Positions 30,354 through 41,343 of a DNA stretch of 64,000 nucleotides are shown one piece after another. Position numbers and translations under genes: made by a program. Positions within the stretch are counted from its first letter, which is position 1. Every line of letters begins with the position of its first letter. Location: contig CAVOVB010000001.1 in the NCBI GenBank assembly GCA_963699755.1, positions 960,001 to 1,024,000 of the forward strand, written 5' to 3'. The stretch is from an uncultured delta proteobacterium. Its GTDB lineage: Bacteria; Myxococcota_A; Polyangia; Polyangiales; Houyiibacteriaceae. The notes under the pieces were generated by a model. That model made no database searches. It saw only the letters and a list, made by a program, of their open reading frames with translations, and was not told the DNA's origin.

Positions 30354-31448
30354 TCAGGAGTCGAATAGGCCTCGAAGCTTCTTGAGGAAGCTGGCTCGCT
30401 GCGGGAGCGTTTCGTCACCGATCTCCGCGGCAAGCTCGGTGATCAACTTACGCTGACGCCGGCTGATCTCCTGGGGCACCTCGACCACTACCGTGACGAG
30501 CTGATCGCCCTTGCCGTAGCCGCCATAGACAGGAATTCCTTTGCCTCGGAGACGGAATGCCTTTCCTGATTGGGTCCCGGGAGGGACCTTCATGATGACC
30601 TTTCCCTCGAGCGTGGGGACGTCAATGCTGGCACCAAGCACGGCCTGAGGAAAGGAGATGGGAACGGAAACCAAGATGTCGGCGCCGTCGCGCTGAAAGA
30701 GGCTGTGATCGGTGACTTTGATGTTGATGTGAAGGTCGCCGTTTCCTTCGGGACTTGCCTCCCCTGCGCCTCTGACCGTTCGGACCGCGCCATCTTTGAC
30801 GCCCGCGGGGATCTTCACGCTCAGCGATTCGGCGCGCATCTGTGTGCCGGACCCTTTACAGGCCTCGCATGGCGTTGGGATCTTCTTACCCGTGCCGCGG
30901 CAGGCATGACAGGGGCGCGCTGCGGCAAAAAGACCCCGTTGATACTTCACTTGTGCGCGTCCTTGGCAGACGTTGCACTTGTGGACCGGTGTTCCCGGCT
31001 TTGCGCCGCTCCCGTCGCAGGTCGTGCAGGCGGCGGGGCGCTTGATGTCGATCTTCTTTTCGACGCCGAGTGCGGCTTCGATGAACGTGATCTCCAAGTC
31101 GTAGTTGAGGTCTCGCCCCGTGCGGCGCTTGCGACGGCCCCCGCTAAACACCTCACCGAAGAGGCCTTCGAGAATTTCGCTTACGGCACCGAAATCGCCG
31201 GCTTCAAAACCAGGGCCCCCGCTCTCGAATGCGCCGTGTCCATAGCGATCGTATTGCCTGCGCTTGTCCGGGTCGCAAAGGACGGCGTACGCCTCAGTTG
31301 CCTCTTTGAACAGATCCTCGGCCGCCGGGTCGTCCCTATTGCGGTCGGGGTGATACTTCATCGCGAGCGCGCGATAGGCTTGCTTGATCTCGTCGCCCGA
31401 TGCGGTTCGGCTGACTTCGAGAATCACGTAATAATCACGCTTGGACAC
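30354..31448 (-). CDS. dnaJ: Chaperone DnaJ (class A)
   Basis: KRDYY...HPD J-domain, four CxxCxGxG-type repeats, C-terminal domain. GTG start at 31448. Confidence 0.93.
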   Translation of the reverse strand: MSKRDYYVILEVSRTASGDEIKQAYRALAMKYHPDRNRDDPAAEDLFKEATEAYAVLCDPDKRRQYDRYGHGAFESGGPGFEAGDFGAVSEILEGLFGEVFSGGRRKRRTGRDLNYDLEITFIEAALGVEKKIDIKRPAACTTCDGSGAKPGTPVHKCNVCQGRAQVKYQRGLFAAARPCHACRGTGKKIPTPCEACKGSGTQMRAESLSVKIPAGVKDGAVRTVRGAGEASPEGNGDLHINIKVTDHSLFQRDGADILVSVPISFPQAVLGASIDVPTLEGKVIMKVPPGTQSGKAFRLRGKGIPVYGGYGKGDQLVTVVVEVPQEISRRQRKLITELAAEIGDETLPQRASFLKKLRGLFDS

Positions 31449-31527
31449 TGGCTTTCGGAGTGTAGGCGCCGGGCCTCGGGGTGCAAACGGCATGGAATCC
31501 CACCCGATAATGTGGGAGGGGAGTCAG

Positions 31528-32442
31528 ATGCCGGCGGTCGAGCTCGAGATCGAAGAAGATGAGGCCGGGGAGCGGCTCGATGTCCTCCTTGCGCGTCGGG
31601 TTCCCGAGCTCAGCAGGGCCAGGGCCAAGCAGCTCATCGGGCGAGGCGAGGTTTTGGTCGATGGCCGGCGGGCTAAGAAAAGCCATTTGATGCTGGTTGG
31701 CGAAAGGGTGACGCTCAAGAGCTCGCCCGGTCCATCGGACTTTCACGCCGCGCCGGACGAGGGCTTGGTGCTCCAGGTGCTGTTCGAATCAGAAGACTAT
31801 GTCGTGGTCGACAAGCCGGCTGGAGTTCCGAGCCACCCATTGAAAGAAGGAGAGGTCGGCACCCTGGCGGGGGCACTGGTCGCTCGATATCCAGAAATGC
31901 GCGGAGTGGGGTACAGCAAGCGCGAGCCGGGCATCGTTCACAGGCTCGACACTGACACGTCAGGCGTGATGCTCGCGGCGCGCAACCAAGAAACTTTCGA
32001 TGAGCTTCGCCGAAAGTTGCGGGCAGGAGAGATCGAAAAGAGATACCTCGCACGCTGTGTTGGGCTCGTTCCAGCACCGATCCTCATCGAGACCCCGATC
32101 GCGAGCGACCCGCGCGATGGTCGCAAAGTACGGGCCTGCACCGATCCACGCGAGATCAAACGCCTCGGCGCCCAGCCCGCTCGAACCGAAGTCCTGAGCA
32201 GCAGGCCGGCAAAGGACGGCTCGTTGATCGAGGTTCGCGTCAACAACGCCCGACGCCACCAAATCCGCGCACACCTAGCCTCCATAGGCCACCCCCTCCT
32301 AGGCGACCGGCTCTATGGCGGGCCCCCCTTGAGCCACCACCTACTCCACGCTAGCTCCCTCCAATTGGGAACAGGATTGTCCATCGTAAGCCCTTGGAAA
32401 CACAGCCTTTCCGAGCCAGAGATCCCAAAGCAGGATCGCTGA
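31528..32442 (+). CDS. RluA/RluD-family pseudouridine synthase
   Basis: S4-like N-terminus RLDVLL, VDKPAG, HRLDTDTSG, HQIRAHL, GDRLYG; SD before ATG 31528. Confidence 0.9.
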   Translation: MPAVELEIEEDEAGERLDVLLARRVPELSRARAKQLIGRGEVLVDGRRAKKSHLMLVGERVTLKSSPGPSDFHAAPDEGLVLQVLFESEDYVVVDKPAGVPSHPLKEGEVGTLAGALVARYPEMRGVGYSKREPGIVHRLDTDTSGVMLAARNQETFDELRRKLRAGEIEKRYLARCVGLVPAPILIETPIASDPRDGRKVRACTDPREIKRLGAQPARTEVLSSRPAKDGSLIEVRVNNARRHQIRAHLASIGHPLLGDRLYGGPPLSHHLLHASSLQLGTGLSIVSPWKHSLSEPEIPKQDR

Positions 32443-32528
32443 GGGTCCATCACCTGGTCAAGCAGCCACGGGATGCACGCAGGAGACTCGTGGCGAATTC
32501 AGTCTCTCCGGACTTGGATCCTCTCGCC

Positions 32529-34517
32529 TTACGCTCGCAGCCTGGCTCGGAGCTGCTCGACTTGATCACGAAGCTCTGCGGCCTTTTCGAATTCGAGGTC
32601 CTCGGCAGCGAGCAGCATCTCACTTCGTAGCTCTTCGATACGAGCTGAGATGTCTGTCGGATCCGCGGGAGCTTCGCCCTTTCTCAAGATCGGAATGACG
32701 ACGTAGTCTCCCGCTCCGATGGAACGGTCCATTTCGAGGATTGCCTTGCTGACGGTTTGCGGCGTGATGCCGTGCTCTTCGTTGTACTCGGCTTGGCGCG
32801 CCCGGCGTCGTTCGGTTTCCTCGATCGCATAGCGCATCGCCTTGGTGATTCGATCGGCGTACATGATCACTTCACCGCCTGCGTTGCGCGCCGCACGTCC
32901 GATCGTTTGAATCAAGGATCTCGGCGATCGAAGGAAGCCTTCCTTGTCTGCGTCGAGGATGCCCACCAGTGACACTTCCGGAAGATCGAGCCCCTCGCGC
33001 AGAAGGTTGATTCCAACCAAAACGTCGAACTCACCGCGACGTAAATCCCTAAGGATATCAACGCGTTCGAGCGTATTCACATCGCTGTGAAGATAGCGAA
33101 CCCGGACGCCGAGCTCGCCGTAGTATTCCGTGAGGTCCTCGGCCATTCGCTTGGTCAGTGTCGTGACCAAGACGCGCTCGTCACGCGCCACGCGGTCGCG
33201 AATCTCGCCAAGCAAGTCATCGACCTGGTGCTTCGTCGGACGAACCATGACCTGTGGATCGAGAAGACCCGTGGGTCGGATTACCTGCTCGACCACGACG
33301 CCGCGCGCCTGCTCGATTTCCCAATCGCCGGGTGTCGCGCTCACATGAATGACTTCCCCGACTCGTTCTTCCCATTCGGAAAACCGCAGCGGTCGGTTGT
33401 CGAGCGCACTTGGCAGTCTAAAGCCGTGTGCGACTAAGGTCTCTTTGCGTGATCGATCCCCCCGATACATCGCTCCGATCTGCGGCACGGTGATGTGCGA
33501 CTCGTCGAGGATCACCAGAAAGTCGTCGGGGAAGTAGTCGAGCAAGGTCGGTGGCGGCTCGCCTTCCTTCCGGCCCGAAAGATGCCGACTGTAGTTCTCG
33601 ATGCCATGGCAGAAACCCATTTGCTCGAGCATCTCCAGGTCGTACATCGTTCGTTGCTCCAGTCGCTGCTTTTCAAGCAACTTACCTTCTTTTTCGAGCT
33701 TTGGGAGCCACTCGAGAAGCTCCTCTCGAATCGAGTCGATCGCCCTCGTTCGGTGCTCGTCAGGAGTTACGTAGTGACTGCCCGGGTAGACACCGTACTG
33801 TTCGAGCTCTTCGAGTACTTTTCCGCGCATCGGGTCGATCTCGACGATTCGTTCGATCTCGTCGCCCCAATACTCGATGCGCACCGCGAGGTTTTCGGAA
33901 TGCGCAGGAAAGATCTCGACCACGTCGCCGCGGACGCGAAACGTACCGCGATGGAAATCGATGTCGTTGCGTTGGTATTGAATGTCGACCAGGCGTCGCA
34001 AGAGAACGTCGCGTCGAAATTCTTGTCCGACCTCGAGGTTGATCAACATCTCTTGGTACCACTCGGAGGAGCCGATTCCATAGATGCACGAGACGCTCGC
34101 AACGATGATTACGTCGCGACGGGCGAGCAATGAGCGGGTGGCGCTGTGGCGCATTCGGTCGACCTTGTCGTTTACGATTGCGTCTTTCTCAATATAGGTG
34201 TCGCTCGACGGGATGTACGCCTCAGGCTGGTAGTAGTCGTAGTAGCTGACGAAGTATTCGACCGCGTTGTTCGGAAAGAGCTCTCGCATTTCGCTGTAGA
34301 GCTGCGCAGCCAGGGTCTTGTTTGGAGCGATGATCAGGGTGGGTCGCTTGGTCGTCGCGATGACGTTTGCAATCGAGAATGTCTTTCCGCTCCCCGTGAT
34401 CCCGAGAAGAACCTGGTGCCGTTCACGACGCGAAAGCCCCTCCAAAAGCTCGGAAATGGCAGCCGGCTGGTCCCCTTTGGGCCGCAGATCGGTGACCAGC
34501 TCCAACTCCCTCGCCAT
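32529..34517 (-). CDS. uvrB: Excinuclease ABC subunit B
   Basis: [39 protein letters not shown]-terminal UVR domain. Confidence 0.97.
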   Translation of the reverse strand: MARELELVTDLRPKGDQPAAISELLEGLSRRERHQVLLGITGSGKTFSIANVIATTKRPTLIIAPNKTLAAQLYSEMRELFPNNAVEYFVSYYDYYQPEAYIPSSDTYIEKDAIVNDKVDRMRHSATRSLLARRDVIIVASVSCIYGIGSSEWYQEMLINLEVGQEFRRDVLLRRLVDIQYQRNDIDFHRGTFRVRGDVVEIFPAHSENLAVRIEYWGDEIERIVEIDPMRGKVLEELEQYGVYPGSHYVTPDEHRTRAIDSIREELLEWLPKLEKEGKLLEKQRLEQRTMYDLEMLEQMGFCHGIENYSRHLSGRKEGEPPPTLLDYFPDDFLVILDESHITVPQIGAMYRGDRSRKETLVAHGFRLPSALDNRPLRFSEWEERVGEVIHVSATPGDWEIEQARGVVVEQVIRPTGLLDPQVMVRPTKHQVDDLLGEIRDRVARDERVLVTTLTKRMAEDLTEYYGELGVRVRYLHSDVNTLERVDILRDLRRGEFDVLVGINLLREGLDLPEVSLVGILDADKEGFLRSPRSLIQTIGRAARNAGGEVIMYADRITKAMRYAIEETERRRARQAEYNEEHGITPQTVSKAILEMDRSIGAGDYVVIPILRKGEAPADPTDISARIEELRSEMLLAAEDLEFEKAAELRDQVEQLRARLRA

Positions 34518-34571
34518 CGACGAAGGCTATCACCCCTTGAAAAAGGGGACAGTTCCCTTAATGAACGAACG

Positions 34572-35288
34572 ATGGATCTCGCTCGCTTCCTCGACGTCAG
34601 CACCGCGATGGCCGCAAGTGCCGCGCGGCCCAATTTCGGAAACGTTCACCACGAACGCCGGAAGCTGCCCGAGCGGCCGTTGGAGCTCTACGAGTTCGAG
34701 CTCTGCCCATACTGCCGGATCGCGCGCGAGGCGCTTTCGGCGCTCAGCCTGGATCCCATCGTCTATCCCTGTCCGAAAGGCGGCCGGCTCTTTCGCGAGA
34801 AGGTCAAACGAGAGGGCGGTCGCTATCAGTTTCCGTACCTGGTCGACTCCAACACCGGAATCTCGATGTATGAGTCGGCAGACATCGTCGACTATCTCTT
34901 TCGAGAGTATGGGGACGGACGGGCGCCCTGGTTTCTGAAACGGAGAAGCTTCGCGGTAACGACATCGATGTTGGCGTCTGCGTTTCGGCCGGGTCGGGGA
35001 CGATACGCCGTTGCTTCGCGTCAGCCAGAGACGCTCCTCGAGCTCTACTCCTATGAAGGCTCGCCGTTTTGCCGGATCGCGCGCGAGGCGTTCTGCGAGC
35101 TCGAGCTTCCTTACCGGCTGCACAACGTGCCACGGCGAAGCCCAGATCGGCAGCGCTACGTCTCGATTTCGGGAAAGATGCAGGTGCCTTACCTGCTCGA
35201 CCCGAACACCGGGGCTCAGATGTTCGAATCGGCAGAGATCCGGCGCTATCTGTATGACAATTACGCCCTCGCGCAGGCGACGGGCTAG
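34572..35288 (+). CDS. Tandem glutaredoxin/GST-N-domain protein
   Basis: Two repeats: LYEFELCPYC...QFPYLVDSNTG..MYESADI and LYSYEGSPFC...QVPYLLDPNTG..MFESAEI. Confidence 0.85.
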   Translation: MDLARFLDVSTAMAASAARPNFGNVHHERRKLPERPLELYEFELCPYCRIAREALSALSLDPIVYPCPKGGRLFREKVKREGGRYQFPYLVDSNTGISMYESADIVDYLFREYGDGRAPWFLKRRSFAVTTSMLASAFRPGRGRYAVASRQPETLLELYSYEGSPFCRIAREAFCELELPYRLHNVPRRSPDRQRYVSISGKMQVPYLLDPNTGAQMFESAEIRRYLYDNYALAQATG

Positions 35289-36373
35289 CTGTTGGTCTTG
35301 GCGAAGCCCTTGGCGAAGTCGACGAACTTCTGGACGTCCGACGGCTCCATGGCGTTGTAGATCGAGGTGCGGATGCCGCCGACGGAGCGGTGGCCCTTGA
35401 TGCCGACCATGCCGGCCTTGGCAGCATCAGCAACGAGCTTCTTCTCGAGGTCTTCGCTCGGGAGCCGGAAGACGGGGTTCATCACCGAGCGGCTGTCGGT
35501 CTCCACGGGACAACGGAAGAAGCCCCCACTTTCATCGATCATGTCGTAGATGTAGCCGGCCTTTTCCCGATTGCGCTTTTCCATCGCAGGCGCGCCACCC
35601 TGGTCGCGCACCCAACGAAGCACGTTGCGAACCATGTAGACCGGGAACGTCGGGATGGTGTTTTGCAGCGAGTCACCCTCGAGGATCGTCTTGTAGCGAA
35701 AGATCTTCGGAATGCTGCTCGGACTTCGCTCTGCCAAGTCTTTGCGCAAGATCAGGACCGTAATGCCCGCAGGGCCGAGGTTCTTCTGGGCTCCGGCGTA
35801 GATCAGGCCGAACTTCGATACGTCGATCGGACGCCATAGAATATCGCTCGACATGTCGGCCACGAGCGGAACATCGCCGCTGTCCGGGTACTGGAAGAAC
35901 TGCGTTCCCATGATCGTGTTGTTGCTCGTGAAGTGCACGTATGCCGCGTTCGGGTCGAGCTCGAGCTCGGCCTGCTTCGGGACGCGTAGATACTTTCCGG
36001 CGACCTTGCCGCTGCCCGCTTCGCGCGCGTCGCCAGTGACGAGGGCCTCGTCCATTGCCTTGTCGCTCCAGACGCCGGTGTTGATGTAGTCGGCCGACTG
36101 ACCTTCTCCACGAAGGTTCATCGGCACGAGAGCGAACTGGGCGGAGGCGCCTCCCTGCATGAAGAGCACCTCGTGCGTATCGGGGATGCTCATGAGCTCG
36201 CGGAAGAGCTCCTTGGTCTCCTCGTGAACTTTCGCGTACGCAGCACCGCGATGGCTGTGCTCGATGAGCGACATCCCCGTGCCTTCGTGGTCGAGGAACT
36301 CGTTGTGGGCGTACTCGAGAGCCGGCAACGGAAGGGTTGCTGGCCCCGCACTGAAGTTGATGACACGAGCCAT
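35285..36373 (-). CDS. serC: Phosphoserine aminotransferase
   Basis: [33 protein letters not shown]. Confidence 0.96.
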   Translation of the reverse strand: MARVINFSAGPATLPLPALEYAHNEFLDHEGTGMSLIEHSHRGAAYAKVHEETKELFRELMSIPDTHEVLFMQGGASAQFALVPMNLRGEGQSADYINTGVWSDKAMDEALVTGDAREAGSGKVAGKYLRVPKQAELELDPNAAYVHFTSNNTIMGTQFFQYPDSGDVPLVADMSSDILWRPIDVSKFGLIYAGAQKNLGPAGITVLILRKDLAERSPSSIPKIFRYKTILEGDSLQNTIPTFPVYMVRNVLRWVRDQGGAPAMEKRNREKAGYIYDMIDESGGFFRCPVETDSRSVMNPVFRLPSEDLEKKLVADAAKAGMVGIKGHRSVGGIRTSIYNAMEPSDVQKFVDFAKGFAKTNS

Positions 36374-36444
36374 AGGCGGCGGAGCCTAGCCGCGGTTCAC
36401 GGCGGTGCAACTCGCATCGTCTGCTGGTCTCGACCCCCGGAAAA

Positions 36445-36520
<76 letters not shown>

Positions 36521-36547
36521 AAGGCCGGGCGATCGTATAGCTTCGGG

Positions 36548-36563
36548 GGTTGCACGTGCAACT
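36548..36563. other. parS-like palindrome
   Basis: GGTTGCACGTGCAACT versus the parS consensus TGTTTCACGTGAAACA; perfect 14-bp palindrome core. Confidence 0.55.
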
Positions 36564-36652
36564 CGAAGCGCCTGCCCGGCCGGCAGGAAGGCTGAAAGTC
36601 TGTGCGGTGGCCGGGTTTGCCGATCGGCTGCCCGTTCCTCTATCTTGAGAAG

Positions 36653-37402
36653 ATGGGAGAGACCTGGGGCATCGGGGTTCGTTGGGCGTGCGCCGCCGCG
36701 CTCCTGTTCGGCATGGCTTGTAGCCTGCCCGCAGCTGCGCAAGAGACGGCGGATGACGCCGCTGCGCGTGAGTACTTTGAGCGGGGGCGCGCCGCGTTCG
36801 AGCAGGCCGACTACGAAGGTGCGCTGGTCTATTTCAGGCACGCGTATCGACTCAGTGGCAGGGCTGCGCTTCAGTACAACATCGGCGTTGCGGCGGATCG
36901 ATTGCAGCGCGAGCAAGAAGCGCTGGAGGCGTTCGAGTTCTATCTCGCAGAAACGGAGAGCCCGACACGAGAGGGCGAAGTGCGCGGACGCATTGATGCG
37001 CTTCGTCAATCGCTCGCGGAAAAAGCAGCCACGGAGCGTGCCCTCGAAGAAGCGGCGATTCGCTACGAGGCGATCGCTCGAGAACAAGAGATGAGCGACG
37101 GCGTGCGCGTTCCACGTTCCGCGATCATCGGTGGCAGCGTCTTGGCGGCCGCTGGCGTTGCAGGTGTTGCAGCCATGAGTGTTGGGCTCGCGCAAAACGG
37201 GTCGTGCAGCAACGAAGTCGCGGGACAGTGCACGACACAGAGCTCCGCAACGGCATGGACTTACGTCTACGGCGGCTTGGGCATCGCAGCTTTGGCAGGG
37301 AGCGCGACTTGGTTTGCGATCGGCGCAAAGCGCACGAAGGAAAAGCGAACGACTGAGCTTTCGTTGTTGCCAATGGGGCTGATGGTATCGGGTTCGTTCT
37401 GA
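36653..37402 (+). CDS. Exported TPR-containing protein
   Basis: Signal peptide; TPR pattern AREYFERGRAAFEQADYEGAL...LQYNIG; Gly/Ala-rich hydrophobic C-terminus. Confidence 0.75.
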   Translation: MGETWGIGVRWACAAALLFGMACSLPAAAQETADDAAAREYFERGRAAFEQADYEGALVYFRHAYRLSGRAALQYNIGVAADRLQREQEALEAFEFYLAETESPTREGEVRGRIDALRQSLAEKAATERALEEAAIRYEAIAREQEMSDGVRVPRSAIIGGSVLAAAGVAGVAAMSVGLAQNGSCSNEVAGQCTTQSSATAWTYVYGGLGIAALAGSATWFAIGAKRTKEKRTTELSLLPMGLMVSGSF

Positions 37403-37443
37403 AGAAGGATTGGACTAGCTCTCCGCAGAGACCATAGAAAACC

Positions 37444-38118
37444 CTATATTTTCAAGGTGTTGAGCAGATTCGAAGCCGCGTCGACCAGGTCCGAAGGGCT
37501 CTGCACGCGAGGCGCGCGCAGGATCGGAATGCGGGGTAAGTAGTCGGCTAGGACATCGGCATTCGAGCTGCGACTCAAGTCGTCTTTGTAGGCTCGGTCC
37601 ACGTGGTTGAGAACGATCGCACGGACGGACACGTTTCGCTTCCTGAGCGCTTCGACCGCCGTGAGCGTGTAGGACAGAACGCCAAGCGCATTGCGCGCAA
37701 CGAGAACCGTTTGCAAGTCCAACAGTGCGGCGAGATCCGCGATCGTGTGTTCGCGATCGAGGGGAACCAGGACACCGCCGACGCCTTCTACGATGGTGTA
37801 ATCGGCGTGACTCCCCAGCTCGCGGACGCGCTTGCTGAGTGCGCGCAATGAACCAATCCGCGGGCCTCCGCGCTTTTCGATGGCGTACGGCGCAAGGGGT
37901 TCTTTCGCGCGGTACAGACCCGGTGCGGTGGCCAAGGACAGATCGCCACAGGCAGTCGCGAGGGCGAGTGCATCGACCGGATCCGGATCGACACCGGTTT
38001 CAATCGGTTTGACTGCAGCGATGCGTTTGCCTCTTTCCACACAGGCACTCGCAAGCGCGGTTGCGAGCCAGGTCTTTCCAACTCCGGTGCCCGTCGCGGT
38101 AATGAACACGCCCTTCAT
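37444..38118 (-). CDS. bioD: Dethiobiotin synthase
   Basis: FITATGTGVGKT, KPIETG, VEGVGG. Confidence 0.93.
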   Translation of the reverse strand: MKGVFITATGTGVGKTWLATALASACVERGKRIAAVKPIETGVDPDPVDALALATACGDLSLATAPGLYRAKEPLAPYAIEKRGGPRIGSLRALSKRVRELGSHADYTIVEGVGGVLVPLDREHTIADLAALLDLQTVLVARNALGVLSYTLTAVEALRKRNVSVRAIVLNHVDRAYKDDLSRSSNADVLADYLPRIPILRAPRVQSPSDLVDAASNLLNTLKI

Positions 38119-38119
38119 G

Positions 38120-39301
38120 CTAGGCCTCCCATGGTGCGCCGCCGAGCGATGCGAAAGCGGCGATCGCGTGTGCGATTTGTTCTGGCCGATGCGTAGCCAT
38201 TGGCGTCAGTCTGAGCCTTGCGGTTCCTGCTGCAACCGTCGGTGGTCTTATCCCTTGAACGAAGATGCCACGTTCGAGGAGCTTGGCCGAGAGCCGCATC
38301 GTACGATCGTTGTCCCCAATCAAGATAGGGAGGATCTGACTTGCGCCCTCGGTCACCTCGAAGCCGAGGTCCCTGAGCTCCGAGCGAAGCCTGGCGGCAT
38401 GGTCCAGCAAGACCGTGCGCGCATCGTCAGCCGCGCGAACGAGGTTCAGTGCCGCAATCGATGCGCGCGCGATCATGGGGGGCGGTGCCGTGGAGTAGAC
38501 AAAGCTTCGGGCTCGATTGCGGATCAGCGAGACGGTTTGCTCGCTGGCCCCTACGAATGCGCCCGCAACGCCAAACGACTTACCGAGTGTTCCGACGATG
38601 AGGTCGGGCTCGACGCCTTCGGCCGCGGCCAGGCCTCGACCGTCCGGACCAAGGACGCCGAGGGCGTGCGCTTCGTCGACCATGAGCCCCGCGTCGAAGC
38701 TGCGGGCCAGCTCGGCGATTTCTTTGAGCGGCGCGGTCACGCCGTCCATCGAAAAGAGCGAGTCGGTGACGATCATGGCTCGCTTCGCGCGCGCTCGATT
38801 CTGCCGAAGGAGGGATTCGAGATGGTCCGTGCTCCGGTGCTTGTAGACGTGGACTTGCGCCCTGGAAAGGCGACATCCGTCGATCAGGCTAGCGTGGTTC
38901 AGGGCATCGCTGAAGACCGCATCCCCTGGGCCCAGCAGGGCTTGAATCGTGCCGAGGTTGGCCGCATACCCGGTCGCGAACAGCGCAGCGGAGGGAGTGC
39001 CAAGGTAGTCTGCGAAGAGGGCCTCCGCTTCCTGATGCGCATCCATCGTTCCGGTGATGAGACGAGAGGCGGCGGAGCCGACCCCATCGACTTGCAGTGA
39101 AGTCCTTATGGCCTCGGCGATCGCCGGATGGTTCGCCAAGCCGAGATAGTTGTTGGAGCAGAGGCACAGGATTGGCCGCCCGTCGATCAGGACTTCGGGA
39201 CCCTGGGGCCCGGAGATGCGAGGCGGCTTCCGGAGAAGGCCGGTAGCTACCAGCTCGGCAAGAGCTTCCTGGATCTGGCTCTCGAAGCCCATGGGCGTCA
39301 T
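38120..39301 (-). CDS. bioF: 8-amino-7-oxononanoate synthase
   Basis: SNNYLGL, NHASLIDG, FSMDG, DEAH, TLGKSFG, IRPPTV; adjacent to bioD. Confidence 0.93.
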   Translation of the reverse strand: MTPMGFESQIQEALAELVATGLLRKPPRISGPQGPEVLIDGRPILCLCSNNYLGLANHPAIAEAIRTSLQVDGVGSAASRLITGTMDAHQEAEALFADYLGTPSAALFATGYAANLGTIQALLGPGDAVFSDALNHASLIDGCRLSRAQVHVYKHRSTDHLESLLRQNRARAKRAMIVTDSLFSMDGVTAPLKEIAELARSFDAGLMVDEAHALGVLGPDGRGLAAAEGVEPDLIVGTLGKSFGVAGAFVGASEQTVSLIRNRARSFVYSTAPPPMIARASIAALNLVRAADDARTVLLDHAARLRSELRDLGFEVTEGASQILPILIGDNDRTMRLSAKLLERGIFVQGIRPPTVAAGTARLRLTPMATHRPEQIAHAIAAFASLGGAPWEA

Positions 39302-39346
39302 CTAAGCTCAGCGATGCGCAGGGGTCAAACGCGCCGGGGCCGACGG

Positions 39347-39362
39347 CGTTGCACGTGAAACG
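39347..39362. other. parS site
   Basis: CGTTGCACGTGAAACG, matching the GTT-CACGTGAAAC parS core. Confidence 0.7.
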
Positions 39363-39392
39363 CCCAAGGTCCCGATTCCCCGGGCGCGTGGA

Positions 39393-39408
39393 TGTTGCAC
39401 GTGAAACC
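39393..39408. other. parS site
   Basis: TGTTGCACGTGAAACC; same 14-bp core as 39348-39361. Confidence 0.7.
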
Positions 39409-39409
39409 C

Positions 39410-40375
39410 TTAGAGCTTGAGGCCTAGACGGGGCGCAGTCACAAAGGCTTCCTGGACCGTTTGCAAGGCCTCTTCGACCTCGTCCGAGTGGCCTTTGGGC
39501 AGCACGATTTCGAGGTGGGCGATCAGATCCCCTCTGGGCCTTCCCTTCAGCTGCACGCCTTTGCCGCGTAGCCGAAGCTTCGCGCCATTCTGCGACCCCG
39601 CCGGCACCGAGAGTTGTACGTTGCCCTCTGGGGTCGGCAGGTTCAGCCTGGTTCCGGCGTAAGCCTCGAGCGGCGTCACGGGCACCCGAACATGAAGCTG
39701 CTTTCCGCGGATTGAGAAGTACGGATGCTTTCGCACCTTCACCTCGAGAACCAGGTCACCCGGAGGTCCGCCTTGAGAGCCTTGCCCTCCCTGGCCCCGC
39801 AGCCGGATCTTGCCCTGGTTCCGGACGCCCGCTGGGATCCGGACTTTTAGGGTGCGCTGGCCCTCGTTCGAGCGGAGGTTGAGCTCCTTGGTGCAGCCGA
39901 GCACCGCATCTCGGAAGTCAACCGTGACCTCCGACTCGAGATCGGCACCCCTTCGGGGTGCATAGACGTAGCTGGCTCGGCCCGGTCGTGCGCCCCCGAG
40001 TAGGTCCTCGAGATTGAACTCGAAGTGGCCGCCTTGGCCCCCTGCTCTCTGGCCGCGGGCTGCGGCGCCGAAAATGTCGCCAAAGTCGAAGCCGCCGAAG
40101 CCCGCCGCGCCCCGGCTCGCCGCCTGATAAGCTTCCGGGTCAAAGCCATCCCGCAAGCCCATTTCCCCATACTCGTCGTACAGCTTTCGCTTCTCCGGAT
40201 CGGAGAGAACCGAATAGGCCCCTGATACATCTTTGAAGCGCTCCTCCGATGCTTTGTCGTCCGGATTGCGGTCTGGGTGCAGCTCCTTGGCGAGCTCACG
40301 ATAAGCTTTCTTGATCTGCTCCGGGCTCGCATCCCGCGACACTCCCAAAATAGCGTAGAAATCGCGGTCAGCCAT
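39410..40375 (-). CDS. Class B J-domain protein (CbpA/DnaJ2-like)
   Basis: J-domain with HPD, G/F-rich linker, C-terminal domain, no zinc finger. Confidence 0.88.
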   Translation of the reverse strand: MADRDFYAILGVSRDASPEQIKKAYRELAKELHPDRNPDDKASEERFKDVSGAYSVLSDPEKRKLYDEYGEMGLRDGFDPEAYQAASRGAAGFGGFDFGDIFGAAARGQRAGGQGGHFEFNLEDLLGGARPGRASYVYAPRRGADLESEVTVDFRDAVLGCTKELNLRSNEGQRTLKVRIPAGVRNQGKIRLRGQGGQGSQGGPPGDLVLEVKVRKHPYFSIRGKQLHVRVPVTPLEAYAGTRLNLPTPEGNVQLSVPAGSQNGAKLRLRGKGVQLKGRPRGDLIAHLEIVLPKGHSDEVEEALQTVQEAFVTAPRLGLKL

Positions 40376-40566
40376 GTGGGCCTAACATAGCCACTCGATG
40401 GGTTCTTTCAACGCTCCCCCCGCCGGAAACGGGCCGGATCCGGATGATTTGAGGGCTTCTAGTGCCAAAATCGGCATGAAGATAACCATATAGAGACAAT
40501 ATCGCCCCAAGCCAGGTTTTCATTGCCGTTCTTGCTGCCTCCCGGGTCGCATGATACTCGCTCGCC

Positions 40567-41343
40567 ATGGCCTTGGTCGATGTTAGTCGCATTCCGAAGC
40601 ATGTCGCGATCATCATGGACGGCAACGGGCGATGGGCTCAGGCGCGAGGGAAACCGCGCACGGCAGGACACGAGCGTGGTGCAGACGCAGTGCGCGCGAC
40701 GATGCGTGCGGCTCGCAGGCTGGGGATTCCTGCGCTGACCTTGTATGCGTTCAGCGAACAGAACTGGGATCGACCGGAAGCGGAGATCAACGCGCTGGTC
40801 GATCTGCTCTGCGAGTGCTTGGTGTCGGAACGAAACGAGCTCGTCGACAACGAAATTCGCCTGTCTGCGATCGGCCGCCTGCACAAGCTTCCTCGACATG
40901 CGCAGACGCGCTTGCGTTCGCTCGCCCAAGACACCGAATCGTATGAAGGCATGACGCTCACGCTCGCGCTCTCCTACGGCGGACGAGAGGAGATCATCGA
41001 CGCGGTGCGGGCGCTTGCGATCGAAGCACTTGCGGGTGAAATCGAGGCAGAGGCGATCGATGAAGCGGCGATCGAACGCTACTTGCCATCGATGAACGTG
41101 GGTCCGGTGGACTTGCTGATACGCACCGGCGGCGAGCAACGGATCAGCAACTTTCTCCTCTGGGGATCGGCCTATGCGGAGTTCTATTTCACCGACGAGC
41201 TTTGGCCGGATTTCAACGGAAATTCTCTATACCGTGCGATTGAGGCCTATCAAGGCAGGGAGCGCCGATTCGGGCTGATTCCCGACGGCGACGACGAGGT
41301 AACCGCCAGCAAAGCACCTCGGAAATTGGAGCGCGCAATATGA
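40567..41343 (+). CDS. uppS: Undecaprenyl/polyprenyl diphosphate synthase
   Basis: PKHVAIIMDGNGRWA, YAFSEQNW, LIRTGGEQRISNFLLW, RERRFG. Confidence 0.95.
   Translation: MALVDVSRIPKHVAIIMDGNGRWAQARGKPRTAGHERGADAVRATMRAARRLGIPALTLYAFSEQNWDRPEAEINALVDLLCECLVSERNELVDNEIRLSAIGRLHKLPRHAQTRLRSLAQDTESYEGMTLTLALSYGGREEIIDAVRALAIEALAGEIEAEAIDEAAIERYLPSMNVGPVDLLIRTGGEQRISNFLLWGSAYAEFYFTDELWPDFNGNSLYRAIEAYQGRERRFGLIPDGDDEVTASKAPRKLERAI

Noticed and set aside
34146..34571. N-terminal extension of the GST-N protein overlapping uvrB
   Set aside because: It is antisense to uvrB; the plausible start is ATG 34572.
39347..39408. Direct repeat as a mini-CRISPR
   Set aside because: Only two 14-bp copies, no cas genes, and it matches parS.
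40455..40470. CIRCE operator upstream of the J-domain gene (TTGGCACTA, minus strand)
   Set aside because: Only one half-site; no matching arm at 9-bp spacing.
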